Assembly (NCBI GenBank): GCA_963662795.1
Contig: OY759746.1
Coordinates: 1,056,001 to 1,120,000, forward strand
DNA: 64,000 bases
Direction: 5' to 3'
From: Spirochaetia bacterium
GTDB taxonomy: Bacteria; Spirochaetota; Spirochaetia; CADAEX01
A program made the position numbers and the translations under genes. Every line of letters begins with the position of its first letter. The stretch's first letter is position 1. The notes beneath the pieces were generated by a model. That model made no database searches, was not told the DNA's origin, and saw only the letters and a program-made list of their open reading frames with translations. Shown piece by piece: positions 49,394-59,607 of the stretch.

Positions 49394-51661
49394 TTACCGG
49401 CCGAAAGCTTCAGGATTAATTACAGAGTATTTTCCGTCTGCACCGGCTGCATGTATTTTCCCATCCCTGTAGGTAAGCGCAGTAAGGGGCAGCCCTGTTT
49501 CAGCCTTTTTTAAGGCCTTTCCGGATGCAATATCATAGAGCGTAATTACACCGTCAGGCATTGATGCATAGACTGTTCCCAATTCTCCCCTGCAGAATGA
49601 GTTTACACCTGCCCTCTCGCCCGATGATACGCCGTCTGCTTTAAAAAATTTCAGAATATTACCGGAAAGGACAGCGATGCCGTCACCGGAAGCAATAATT
49701 CCAGGCAGAACGCCCTCACCGGCCGGCTCAAAGCTGCCGCTCCAGAGGAATTTACCTGTTTTTATGTCAACTGCGCTGATGGTTCCAAGGGTACCTGCAA
49801 AGTAGACTGTATCCCGGTCTGCTGCCCCGGTCATTCCAACGGGATTACCCATCGAGACAGGAATTGAAGAAACAGGCGTATCGCCTGCGCCGAATATCTG
49901 CAGGACGCCTTTGTCTGTAACTGTCAGCAGCATATCTCCGGAAGGAAGGGGATTTGAAACTATGGTATCCGGCACTTTTATTTTCCTGGAAAGAGCAAAC
50001 TGTTTGCCGTCAATTTTAAGAACAGAATCCCCGCTGTTTATAAAAATGTTGTCTCCGGCCGCAACAGGTTTCCGGTAAATGGAATTCTCAAGAGTCAAGG
50101 CACCTGACTCCTGCCAGTCTGATGAATCAAGGGCTTTCAGTGTGCTGCCTGAAACAAAGGCAAGCTTTCCGCCGGAAAAAACAGGGCCGTCGTCTAAAGG
50201 TTCAGAAGAGGTATAAACAGTTTTTCCTTCCGATGAAATTACGGAAAAAAGTCCGCTGTCTCCGGCAAGGGCGTAATACCCGCTGCCTGCCTGAGCAATG
50301 GAATCAACCCTTTGAAATCCTGTTTCAAAAGAATAGGGGACAAGAAGGAGCTGAAGGTTAATCCGTCTTTTTTCAGTTACCCCTTTTTTTATATCAATCT
50401 CAAAATCTTCCTGTCTGTACTCTTTTTTCTTTATGCTTACCTTAAGCTTTTCCCCCGGATCAAAACTTCCCCTGTATGTACTTTTAAACGGACCGTTATT
50501 GCCGATGTAAATTTCAGCATCTGATGGAGTCACAGATATTTCAGCATATCCCTTTTCAGGTTCCGCAGGTTCAAGTTTTATAATATATATCTGCCCTGTA
50601 ATTTCGGAAACCGCGATTTCCTTTTCAAACGGAACAAAACCTTCCTTTTCCGCCGTAACTTTCAGGATCCTGTCCCTTGAAAAAAGCGCGCTTACAGAAG
50701 TAAAACCTGCGAAATTATCGTCAAAATATATTTTTGAGCCATCCGGTTCAACCTTGATAATAATCTCGGCAAAATCATCTCCTGCGCCTTTTATAAACAT
50801 GGAATCTGTTATTTTAAGTTTCCCGCTGTTTTCAGGGCTCATCTCTTTTACAGCAAGAACAGCCTTTTCAGCTTCTGCCGATACAGCGGCTGCAGCCTGC
50901 CGCAAAAGAGCTGAAGCGTCTTCAGCTGAAATTTTTTCTGTTTTCAGATCATCTGCCGTCTTTTCCGCTTCAGCGAGTGTAAGCCTTACTTTATCAAGTG
51001 AGCCCGGATCAAGTGTTATTTCATTTCCCGCCTCTACAAGTGGAAAGTTTTCCTCAACAGCCCTGAGGACAGCGGCAATATCACCGTTCCCTGTATCTAA
51101 TTTCTCTTTTAGTCTTTCAACTTCATCCGGATAAGGGAGCAGCTGGATTGACCCCGATCTTACGGCAAGCATCGGGCTCCCCCCGGCTGTTTCACCGGAT
51201 GAAACGAGGAACTCCGTACCGCGCACACCGAATGCTGCGGATGCTGTTTTAACAGTAAATTTTTCATCTGTCAGAAGTTTTTCCACCTTGCTTAAAACTG
51301 TCCCTGATATTAATGAAAAGCCTATATCTGCCCTGTTTTCAAGGGACGACAGCCTGTTTATTGCAAGCTCGGTATCACCTTCCATTCTTATAATACTTTT
51401 ATTGTCTATCAAAAGCTCAAGATAGGAATCAGGCGCTGTCTTTAAAACATTCCCCTGTTTCAGCCTGTCTCCGATAGAAGCAGGAGCTGAAGAGCCGTCT
51501 GACAGTATTGAAGCCTCTCCTGAAATAAATGTAATAACAGATTCAAGTTCCTCTGCAGGAGCAGGAGATTCAGTTTTTTTTCTGCAGGAACTTATCTGAA
51601 AAATAATGAGTATTGATAAAAAAAAATATAAAATTACTGGAAGATAATTTTTTCTGGTCAT
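49394..51661 (-). CDS. Lipoprotein with FecR, PEGA-like and PQQ-type beta-propeller domains
   Basis: ISSC lipobox; TASAAFGVRGTEF (FecR); VTPSDAEIYI (PEGA-like); AVDIKTGKFLW propeller repeat. Confidence 0.72.
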   Translation of the reverse strand: MTRKNYLPVILYFFLSILIIFQISSCRKKTESPAPAEELESVITFISGEASILSDGSSAPASIGDRLKQGNVLKTAPDSYLELLIDNKSIIRMEGDTELAINRLSSLENRADIGFSLISGTVLSKVEKLLTDEKFTVKTASAAFGVRGTEFLVSSGETAGGSPMLAVRSGSIQLLPYPDEVERLKEKLDTGNGDIAAVLRAVEENFPLVEAGNEITLDPGSLDKVRLTLAEAEKTADDLKTEKISAEDASALLRQAAAAVSAEAEKAVLAVKEMSPENSGKLKITDSMFIKGAGDDFAEIIIKVEPDGSKIYFDDNFAGFTSVSALFSRDRILKVTAEKEGFVPFEKEIAVSEITGQIYIIKLEPAEPEKGYAEISVTPSDAEIYIGNNGPFKSTYRGSFDPGEKLKVSIKKKEYRQEDFEIDIKKGVTEKRRINLQLLLVPYSFETGFQRVDSIAQAGSGYYALAGDSGLFSVISSEGKTVYTSSEPLDDGPVFSGGKLAFVSGSTLKALDSSDWQESGALTLENSIYRKPVAAGDNIFINSGDSVLKIDGKQFALSRKIKVPDTIVSNPLPSGDMLLTVTDKGVLQIFGAGDTPVSSIPVSMGNPVGMTGAADRDTVYFAGTLGTISAVDIKTGKFLWSGSFEPAGEGVLPGIIASGDGIAVLSGNILKFFKADGVSSGERAGVNSFCRGELGTVYASMPDGVITLYDIASGKALKKAETGLPLTALTYRDGKIHAAGADGKYSVINPEAFGR

Positions 51662-51840
51662 TGAAAGCCCTCTGGAATTACCTAAAGTACTGAATATACT
51701 TTAAGCAGGTTATTTGCTGCTGATACTGAAAGCATCATGTAACATGTAATTAAAGCAGCGGATGCCTTTGACGCCTTATAACACATTTAAATATAAGTAA
51801 GAAAAAAGCAAATTTCAACCGGATGGATAATTATGACACT

Positions 51841-53157
51841 TTATACTGATGCTTTTATGTCTGCAGTATCGCTCTGGAGTTCCGCACTTGCGATATTTGC
51901 CCTCGCAAGCTTCCTGGAAAGCAGCTTGGCAAGAAACAGGCCGTACTGGGGATATTTCTTTATTATGTCAATAAAATTCTTTCTCGGCACTTTTATCATT
52001 ATACCATCTGTTTCTGCTATTACTGTTGCGCTTCTTTCATTGTTGAGGAAAAAAGACATTTCACCCATGAAGACGTCAGCAGGATTCAGTGTCCCTACTT
52101 TCTTGTCCCTGTGCCATACGCTGTACCTGCCGGAAGAAATGTAATAGAGTGAATCCCCTATTTCACCTTCCCTGCAGACAATATTGCCTTTTTTCATATA
52201 GATCATCTCTTCTTCGGAGAAACCTTCGGGTGCTTCACGGGAAGCGTCTTTTTCATGCCTGATCTGCAAAAGTACGGCATTCCCTTTAAGGTTATAGGCA
52301 ACCCTTTCGGCAAAAACACTTGCCATTCTTATTCCCCTGCCGTGAAGAGCATAAGCGCCCTCTTTTTCGATCTTTGCCTTTAATTTATAGATATCAAAGC
52401 CGGAACCCTCATCTCTTATTATGAATTTGCTCCTGGTCCTTGTTATATCCCATTCGACCCTGACCCTCTTTCTCTCAATATCCTCATTACGGCATTTATC
52501 AGCAATAAGATCCATAATGTTGCCGCCGCCATCGAGAAAAGCTGTTTTTTCATCAAAGGTTATCCCGCAATTCCCGTGTTCAATTCCATTGATTATAAGT
52601 TCCGAAAGGATAAGCTGCAGATGCATTCTTGATTCAGGTTTCACAAGTCCGCGCTGAAGAAGCATGGATGAGACAAGACCAGCATATATTGATACTGCAA
52701 AAGGATCATTACCAATTTCAAAAGACCCGACATCCTTGTCAAAGAGTTTTTCCGAAAGGTCCCTGTTGAAGACAATCTGCTTGTTTTCAAGGATTATCCC
52801 TACACATCTGGTTATTGATGTCCTGAAACGGATTGAATCAAGAAGAGACAATATATTGAATTCGGGGTATTTTTTCATAAGATCTTCTTCATTGGTCCTG
52901 TCCTGGTCAAAAATCCCGATAATCCCGAAATTGTTTATCCAGCTGTCTTTTCTGATTTTTTCCATGATGGAATCAATTTCAAGACCGGAATCCGAATAAT
53001 TAATTATTAAAAGTTCAGGAAGTTCAAAGTTGATAAAATCCAGAATATCATCTTCACAGCCGAGTATCTTGTAGTTTCTTATATTGTCACGGGCAAAAAG
53101 CCCTTTTATCTCCCTGTTTATCCCCTCTTCCGAATTAATAACCCCTATATAACTCAT
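51841..53157 (-). CDS. RsbW-like kinase domain fused to a cyclic-nucleotide-binding domain
   Basis: SELIINGIEHGN, IRDEGSGFD, HGRGI; FMGEMSFF...RSATV; degenerate receiver-like N-terminus. Confidence 0.82.
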   Translation of the reverse strand: MSYIGVINSEEGINREIKGLFARDNIRNYKILGCEDDILDFINFELPELLIINYSDSGLEIDSIMEKIRKDSWINNFGIIGIFDQDRTNEEDLMKKYPEFNILSLLDSIRFRTSITRCVGIILENKQIVFNRDLSEKLFDKDVGSFEIGNDPFAVSIYAGLVSSMLLQRGLVKPESRMHLQLILSELIINGIEHGNCGITFDEKTAFLDGGGNIMDLIADKCRNEDIERKRVRVEWDITRTRSKFIIRDEGSGFDIYKLKAKIEKEGAYALHGRGIRMASVFAERVAYNLKGNAVLLQIRHEKDASREAPEGFSEEEMIYMKKGNIVCREGEIGDSLYYISSGRYSVWHRDKKVGTLNPADVFMGEMSFFLNNERSATVIAETDGIMIKVPRKNFIDIIKKYPQYGLFLAKLLSRKLARANIASAELQSDTADIKASV

Positions 53158-53313
53158 AAATACTCCATTAAATTCAATCTTTTTTAAAACAGCTGCTATT
53201 GACCTTACAGTTTAAAATGTATACATTCCTTGTTTTATTATTTTATATAATGAATTATCGGTAAATGAGCTTATAAATTATAGTTCCATAGAGTATTATT
53301 ATGGAGGTTAAGA

Positions 53314-54306
53314 ATGATAACACCCTATATCAAATCAATCGGTTATTATGTTCCTGAGAAAACTGTCTCAAATGATGATCTTGCAAAGGTTATGGATACT
53401 TCAGACGAGTGGATATTCTCCCACACAGGGATTAAAAACAGACATTTTGCTGGAGAAAATGAAAATAATTCCGATCTGGCGACAAAAGCCGCAGAAATCG
53501 CAATGAAAAAAGCAGGGATAACTGCGGATGATGTTGACATGATATTCGCATGTACCACAACACCTGATTATTTAAGTTTTCCTGCAACCGCCTGCATTGT
53601 ACAGGAGAATATCGGTGCAAAAAATGCCGGGGCTTTTGACTTAAGCGCTGCCTGTTCCGGATTTATTTACGGAGTTGAAACCGCATCTACCTACATAAAA
53701 TCAGGAGCTTACAAAAATATCATTGTAATTGGCTGCGAAGTCCTCAGCAGGATTATTGATATGTCAGACAGGAATACGGCAGTTCTTTTCGGAGACGGCG
53801 CCGGGGCAGTTGTAATATCACCCTGCGAAGACAACAAGGCAGGAAGCGCTATTGTTTCATCCCACCTGAGGTCTGAAGGGAGCGGAGCTGAATTCCTTAA
53901 AAGGCATGCCGGGGGGACGAAAAACCCGTTTATCCCCGGGAAAAGCGACCCGCAGGAGCTTTTTCTTTTTATGAACGGCAGGCAGGTATATAACTTTGCT
54001 ATTCGGGCAGTAACAGATACAGTCCTGTCCCTCATGGAAAACAACAATCTTAAAATTGATGATATCAGGTATATTTTCCCTCATCAGGCAAATATCAGGA
54101 TTATAGAAGGGGTTGCAAAAAGATCTTCTATCCCTATTGAAAAGTTTTATTTAAACATTGAGAGGTTTGCCAATACCTCAGCGGCAAGTATACCAATCGC
54201 GATCGGGGAGGCAGATGAAAAAAGCCTTCTTCAGAGGGGAGACAATATTTTAACGGTCGGATTCGGTGGCGGTCTTACTTACGGCGGCAATTACATCAGG
54301 TGGTAG
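53314..54306 (+). CDS. fabH: 3-oxoacyl-ACP synthase III
   Basis: DLSAACSGF, FGDGAGA, PHQANIRI, ANTSAAS, GFGGGLT. Confidence 0.96.
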   Translation: MITPYIKSIGYYVPEKTVSNDDLAKVMDTSDEWIFSHTGIKNRHFAGENENNSDLATKAAEIAMKKAGITADDVDMIFACTTTPDYLSFPATACIVQENIGAKNAGAFDLSAACSGFIYGVETASTYIKSGAYKNIIVIGCEVLSRIIDMSDRNTAVLFGDGAGAVVISPCEDNKAGSAIVSSHLRSEGSGAEFLKRHAGGTKNPFIPGKSDPQELFLFMNGRQVYNFAIRAVTDTVLSLMENNNLKIDDIRYIFPHQANIRIIEGVAKRSSIPIEKFYLNIERFANTSAASIPIAIGEADEKSLLQRGDNILTVGFGGGLTYGGNYIRW

Positions 54307-54327
54307 TCTTTTCCTGATTCGCAGATT

Positions 54328-56283
54328 TCATTGCCCAGGGAACTGGCTGACAGTTTTGTATATACCGCTGTTGATGAAAAGTCTTACAACTTCGCTGTCA
54401 AGCCTGCCGGCAGAAGCTTCTTCCTGAAGTATTGCAGCGGCTTTTTCTGCCGGAACAGATTTTTTATAAGGCCTGTCGCTTGCAGTAAGCGCGTCAAAAA
54501 TATCAGAAACAGCCATGAGGCGTGATTCAAGCGGTATAGCATCACCTTTTATGCCGTCAGGATATCCGCTGCCGTCAAGAGCCTCATGGTGTCCTTTCGC
54601 AATTTCAGGAATCCAGGCCATATTTTCAGGCCATGGTATATTTTTAAGAAAGTCATAGGTATGTCTTGCGTGAGACATTATTTCTTCCCGCTCTTTCTGA
54701 GTCAGCGAGCCTCTTTTAACACTAAGGAATTCATATTCTGTTTCTGAAAGAAAATCATGGCTTTTTTCTTTCTTGATTTCAGCTAAAATATCTCCTGGTT
54801 CAGAATCAAGAACAGCAGGCTCATTGGCGGAAATTACCGTATCGCGGTATTTTTCAATTTTTGCTGTTTCAATCCCTTCCTGGACTATGAGATCTTCAAG
54901 TTTTACCTTATATCCAAGATCAGAAGAGTCAAGAGCAAGTCTTGCCTCAAGATATTTGATTTTTATATTGTTTTTAATGTTGTCAAATCTTAAGAGTATC
55001 TGTTCAAGCATCCCCGGATAAAGCTTTTTTGCTTTTACAAGTACATTTTCGCGTACCCCGACTTTTCCAAAATCATGAAGAAGACAGGCATAGCGAAGGC
55101 CTTTAAGCTGATCATCGGTAAATCTGACATCATTGAAGAACTCCTTATCCGCGGAAACTGCCTCGGCAAGCATTACAGTATACTTTGCTACTCTTGAAGA
55201 GTGGCCGCTTGTAGCCGGGTCCCTCTGCTCAATTGCTTTTGCTGAAGCCCTGACAAGGCATTCAAAAAGCTCTTCAATCTCATGATAAAGCTGGTTGTTG
55301 TCAAGCGAAACTGCAGCAAGTGAGGAGAGGGAAAGAACTATTTCCTCATCTGCCCGGTCGAAAGGGAGCACAGACTCTTCTGCAATATCATGACCGGATA
55401 AAACAATATTTTTTTCCCTTTTTTTGTTTATCAGCTGGATTACCCCGATTATTTTTTCCTTGTGATTTTTCATGGGTACCGTCAGCATGCTTTTTGTCCG
55501 GTATCCGGTACTTTCGTCATAGCTTTTATTAAAACTGTATTCAGCTGATGAGGGAATCGAATAGGCATCATCAAGTTTTATAACCTCTCCGGTAATTGCC
55601 ACATAACCGGCAATTGATTCTTTCTTGACCGGCATCCTGAATTCAGAAAAATCTGTGGGGTTTGAGTCGTTATGGGCTATTTTGAAAATCATCGAAACAG
55701 TCCCTGTTTTTTTATCAGGGTCAAGCAGATAAAGACTGCCTGCGTCAGATTTTGTAACTTCGCGTGTTTTAGCCATTATATAGTTCAGAAGTTTCGAGTT
55801 ATCCCGTTCAGCCGAGAGGGCTATCCCTACTTTCAGGAATTCCCTGTTAAGCTTTTCCTTTTTCTCAAGCTCAGTGCGGTAGTAGTTTTCCTGTTTTTTC
55901 TGAAGTAAAATATTGCCGTAATTCTCAAAAACCTGATTGAGAACTTCCATATCAGAATTTTCATTGAAACGAAAATAGATATTAAGCCTGGAGATTAGAT
56001 TGTTTTCTTCTGAATTGCCGCGGTCTCTTTTATTTCCGGCTTTGGTTTTTGTTTTTTTTTCAGAGAAAAACAGAACCGGATATTTTGCATTGATAATTTT
56101 TTCAAGGCCGGGACTGTCTGCATCGTATTGGCAGACTATCAGTCCGGAATCTTTTTCCATGACATCTGAAAAATCATCTGTTCTTATAATCTCTGTTTTG
56201 AAAAATGAGGTATTTTTTTCTGAAAAAAAAGGCAGATCATGGATCCTGCTGATATAGACAATATTGCGCATCGGTAGACTCAA
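54328..56283 (-). CDS. GAF + HD-GYP c-di-GMP phosphodiesterase
   Basis: GAF (GYRTKSMLTVPM), RDPATSGHSSRV, LHDFGK, HHEALDGSGYP, DIFDALT. Confidence 0.9.
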   Translation of the reverse strand: MSLPMRNIVYISRIHDLPFFSEKNTSFFKTEIIRTDDFSDVMEKDSGLIVCQYDADSPGLEKIINAKYPVLFFSEKKTKTKAGNKRDRGNSEENNLISRLNIYFRFNENSDMEVLNQVFENYGNILLQKKQENYYRTELEKKEKLNREFLKVGIALSAERDNSKLLNYIMAKTREVTKSDAGSLYLLDPDKKTGTVSMIFKIAHNDSNPTDFSEFRMPVKKESIAGYVAITGEVIKLDDAYSIPSSAEYSFNKSYDESTGYRTKSMLTVPMKNHKEKIIGVIQLINKKREKNIVLSGHDIAEESVLPFDRADEEIVLSLSSLAAVSLDNNQLYHEIEELFECLVRASAKAIEQRDPATSGHSSRVAKYTVMLAEAVSADKEFFNDVRFTDDQLKGLRYACLLHDFGKVGVRENVLVKAKKLYPGMLEQILLRFDNIKNNIKIKYLEARLALDSSDLGYKVKLEDLIVQEGIETAKIEKYRDTVISANEPAVLDSEPGDILAEIKKEKSHDFLSETEYEFLSVKRGSLTQKEREEIMSHARHTYDFLKNIPWPENMAWIPEIAKGHHEALDGSGYPDGIKGDAIPLESRLMAVSDIFDALTASDRPYKKSVPAEKAAAILQEEASAGRLDSEVVRLFINSGIYKTVSQFPGQ

Positions 56284-56312
56284 TCTCCATTTATAATCCG
56301 GCAGATATATAT

Positions 56313-56339
56313 TTTTCGGCAGGGAAGGGGTTTATTCTA
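56313..56339 (-). promoter_or_regulatory. Possible sigma28-type promoter
   Basis: TAGA-N15-GCCGAAAA. Confidence 0.35.
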
Positions 56340-57128
56340 ACCTCTTTTTGTAAATCGCTCCCTGATTACAGGACAAAAAATGCTTCTGCCTGATACTATA
56401 TAATCTCTGCAAACAGAGCGGTCATAGAGCTCGCTGTAGTCTACGTCCTTTCCGCTGTAATAGGAGAACTCAAGACCGGCCCTTTTTACTATAGCATGCG
56501 CGGCCGCGATATCCCAGATATTGCATGGCGGAATAATTGTTCCTGCTACTGCGCTGTGGAGAAGAGGAGATACAATATTAAGGACAGCAGCACCGGCAGT
56601 CCTTATTTTTCCCTTAAACTGAGAAAAGTCAAATTTATGGTGCAGCCGTGAACCGGTCATCACCTGTATCCCTTCAGGTTCATCTTCCATTTCAAGATCC
56701 GCAGGGTTCAATTCAACTCCGTTTACTGAAACAGGGGAATCCAGATCACAGAATAAGAATGATCCGTTTTTACCTCCCCAAAGGGGAGCATAAACTATCC
56801 CGCCGACAGGCTGGTTGTTTTTAAGCAGCCCGACAGAGACGCACCAGCCCGGCATAAACTGGCTGAAAGAATCTGTCCCGTCGATCGGATCAACGGCAAA
56901 ACAGTATTCCCTGCTGTTATCATAACTTCCGGCTGTCTCTTCAGTTACAAGATTAGCCTCCGGATAAAGCGATGTAATAGCCTTTGAAAGGTATTCATTG
57001 AGTTCCCTGTCTATATGGGTTATTACGGATCCGTCTTTTTTAAAGCTGCGCCTTACTTCGAGCTGCCCTTCGGCCGCCCTGTCGCCGGCGTTTTTCACAA
57101 ATTCCAAAAGTGGTTTGATTGTTTTCAT
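56337..57128 (-). CDS. Inositol monophosphatase family protein
   Basis: TEE, VDPIDGT, WDIAA. Confidence 0.9.
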   Translation of the reverse strand: MKTIKPLLEFVKNAGDRAAEGQLEVRRSFKKDGSVITHIDRELNEYLSKAITSLYPEANLVTEETAGSYDNSREYCFAVDPIDGTDSFSQFMPGWCVSVGLLKNNQPVGGIVYAPLWGGKNGSFLFCDLDSPVSVNGVELNPADLEMEDEPEGIQVMTGSRLHHKFDFSQFKGKIRTAGAAVLNIVSPLLHSAVAGTIIPPCNIWDIAAAHAIVKRAGLEFSYYSGKDVDYSELYDRSVCRDYIVSGRSIFCPVIRERFTKRG

Positions 57129-57295
57129 ATATGTTCCTAACTATAAATAAAATACTGCGGCAATGCAAGACAGATATAAATCCGGTGCTCCTGCATGATA
57201 ACAAGTGAACACATAACAAAATAAATTTAAACCGTATAATAAGGAATTGTTGATTTAATAGCGTTATAATAGTAATATACTGAATATGTAAAAAG

Positions 57296-57369
57296 GGGGG
57301 TGTAGCTCAGTTGGCTAGAGCGCTTGAATGGCATTCAAGAGGCCGCGGGTTCAATTCCCACCACCTCCA
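57296..57369 (+). tRNA. tRNA-Ala (GGC)
   Basis: GGGGGTG/CACCTCC acceptor stem with G3-U70, anticodon loop AT-GGC-AT, T-loop TTCAATT; CCA not encoded. Confidence 0.95.
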
Positions 57370-57377
57370 TAATAAAA

Positions 57378-59033
57378 ATGAGTGATTACAGAAACAACAG
57401 CAGACAATCAGAAAACAGCTCAAATGATATAGATCCTGAAATTGCGGACCTGATCGGTCTTGAAGAAACCGATCCTTCAGACAATCCCGCATTTCTCGAC
57501 TTGTTTTCAGATGAAAAACAGGATGAAGAGATATTTCTCCCTGATGACGATATCGGAAAACAAAAATTCCCGGAAATAACCAGGATTGAAGACGAGCCCA
57601 AACCATACTTTAATGACAAGGAATACTATAAAACAGCGCTTTCAGGAGAAGGCGCTGTTTCACAGAGGTTCCATTCTCTCCTTTCAGACTTTCTCAAGGC
57701 AGATAACCCTAAAGACAAGACTCTCTTCAGGGAGAGGCTGATCCTTTCATACTGGGAGCTTGCATCCTCTATAGCCGGTAAAATAAACAGTTCAATACCA
57801 ATACCCAAGAAAATGCTTCTCAGGTTCGGTGTAGTACTGCCTACCCTTATAAACAAAGAGCAGCGATTTGTATTATCAAAAATCATAATGGAAAATGAAA
57901 CCGGTGAACCTGTATATTATACAGATGAATGGCTTAACAAGATTGCATCCGGCGAAATTGCTCCTTCTGTAACTGATGAAACCAAAAAAATTAAAGGCAA
58001 TCAAGGCAGAAAAATAAATATGAGCCTTGAAAAAGAGCGCGGACACCGGGATGCCGTGTTCGGGCTGATTAAAAGCAAAATATCTGCAATTACAGATATC
58101 GAAAATTCTCTTGCCGAAAAAATATCATTTATAAAAAAACACGCGCTGCTGGCAAAATACGGCAATATATCCGCCCCGTACGCACCGGAACAGAAAACAG
58201 CCCTTTCAGAGATGCAGGAGCTGCTCAGAAGACTTTCGCAATATGACAGGGAACTTTCGACTGCTGTCGAAAACATGGATACCGCGGTAGAAAAAATAAA
58301 AGAACTTGAACAGAAATCAAAGGATGAAGGAGAAGCAGGCTCTGTAGACCAGCAGGTTATCATAGAAGAGTTTATGACTGTAAAGCAGATGGCAAAGATG
58401 AGTGTCGGGAGAAAGGGGAATCATCTGCCGATTCTCATGCAGCAGTACATGCGGGCAAATATCCGGGAAATAGCTACACGTGAAAATGTAATAAACACAA
58501 TGGCTGAAATTGAAAAGATTGATCCCGGTCTTTTCAGGAGGACATTCAAACGGCAGACTAACAGGATTATTCCACATACCATAATACTCCCCTGCTACGG
58601 CGAGTTTGGAATATGCTGGGAACCCTTCCAGAAATTCAACAGGGCAACCAGCAGAGGACGAATCGGCATACCGCTTTATCCCAAAGATCTTAAAACTGCA
58701 ATTATTTACGCCCTGGGTGATTTAAGATGGCAGGTTGCAAAAGAAACTGCATCCTATTACTGGATGGAAGAAGGTCTCACCGGCTGGTATTACCAGTGGT
58801 TTACAGACCAGAAAAGAAGGGGAGATGTCAAGGAATCATTTATAGCCGACTATTACCTCTGGCTGACAAAAGAAGCAGATGGAATGCAGAAGCTTGACAA
58901 GGATGTACGAGGTGTTTTCTGGAGAAATATACCCTTCCCTCAGGAACTTAAAGAGAAACTCAGGAACAGGGGATTTGTTTATAACGAGCTTTACAAGAAA
59001 GACATGAACATAGCCATGTCAGACGGTTATTGA
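57378..59033 (+). CDS. Hypothetical protein with central coiled coil
   Basis: 551-aa ORF from ATG 57378 (the track start lies inside the tRNA); Trp-rich C-terminal region. Confidence 0.8.
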   Translation: MSDYRNNSRQSENSSNDIDPEIADLIGLEETDPSDNPAFLDLFSDEKQDEEIFLPDDDIGKQKFPEITRIEDEPKPYFNDKEYYKTALSGEGAVSQRFHSLLSDFLKADNPKDKTLFRERLILSYWELASSIAGKINSSIPIPKKMLLRFGVVLPTLINKEQRFVLSKIIMENETGEPVYYTDEWLNKIASGEIAPSVTDETKKIKGNQGRKINMSLEKERGHRDAVFGLIKSKISAITDIENSLAEKISFIKKHALLAKYGNISAPYAPEQKTALSEMQELLRRLSQYDRELSTAVENMDTAVEKIKELEQKSKDEGEAGSVDQQVIIEEFMTVKQMAKMSVGRKGNHLPILMQQYMRANIREIATRENVINTMAEIEKIDPGLFRRTFKRQTNRIIPHTIILPCYGEFGICWEPFQKFNRATSRGRIGIPLYPKDLKTAIIYALGDLRWQVAKETASYYWMEEGLTGWYYQWFTDQKRRGDVKESFIADYYLWLTKEADGMQKLDKDVRGVFWRNIPFPQELKEKLRNRGFVYNELYKKDMNIAMSDGY

Positions 59034-59068
59034 TTTTCTTTCAGTATGGCTGGAGCCTGACGGCATCT

Positions 59069-59575
59069 TTACCGATTCTCTTTTTTTACCCATATCATTG
59101 TAAGAAAAAGGAAAAACCCGAAAACAACTATCGAAGAGTCTGCAATATTAAAAGTAGGCCACCTTTCAAGGCCGAAGATGCCGTAGAATTTCACATCAAT
59201 AAAATCCACAACTCCCTCAGGTCTGAAGAAGCGGTCAATCAGGTTCCCAAGTCCTCCGCCGACAATTCCCCCAAGAGCCCATCTCTGCGGCATGGTTATT
59301 TCATCGGTTTTGATAATATAGATTATAAGCAGAAACAGTATTAAAAGCGGGAGAAATGAAAACAGGGCGGTACGGAAACCGTCCGGCAGATTCTGGCCCA
59401 GGCTGAATGCTATAGCCTTGTTTCTCACGTGAATAATTCTCAGAAAACCGTTAAGAAATGAATATTTTATAGTATAAGGTTCAATCCCGGCTACTATCAG
59501 GAATTTGGTCAACTGGTCAAAAATTATAACAAAAAAAGTAAGACTGAACGGTATTAGTTTATCTTTCAGTTTCAT
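59069..59575 (-). CDS. lspA: Lipoprotein signal peptidase II
   Basis: [25 protein letters not shown]. Confidence 0.96.
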   Translation of the reverse strand: MKLKDKLIPFSLTFFVIIFDQLTKFLIVAGIEPYTIKYSFLNGFLRIIHVRNKAIAFSLGQNLPDGFRTALFSFLPLLILFLLIIYIIKTDEITMPQRWALGGIVGGGLGNLIDRFFRPEGVVDFIDVKFYGIFGLERWPTFNIADSSIVVFGFFLFLTMIWVKKENR

Positions 59576-59607
59576 TGTAAACCCCAAAGCTGTATTTTTT
59601 TCGGATA

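Noticed and set aside
53255-53281. Sigma28-like CCGATAA upstream of the cNMP kinase
   Set aside because: Lacks the leading G and the -35 spacing is off by one; too weak in AT-rich DNA
57355-57400. tRNA-Ala as an integration site
   Set aside because: No integrase nearby and no duplicated tRNA 3' end seen in the window
57307-57606. Minus-strand ORF ending WWELNPRPLECHSSALAN, and the 57324 start of the plus ORF
   Set aside because: Translations of the tRNA-Ala sequence
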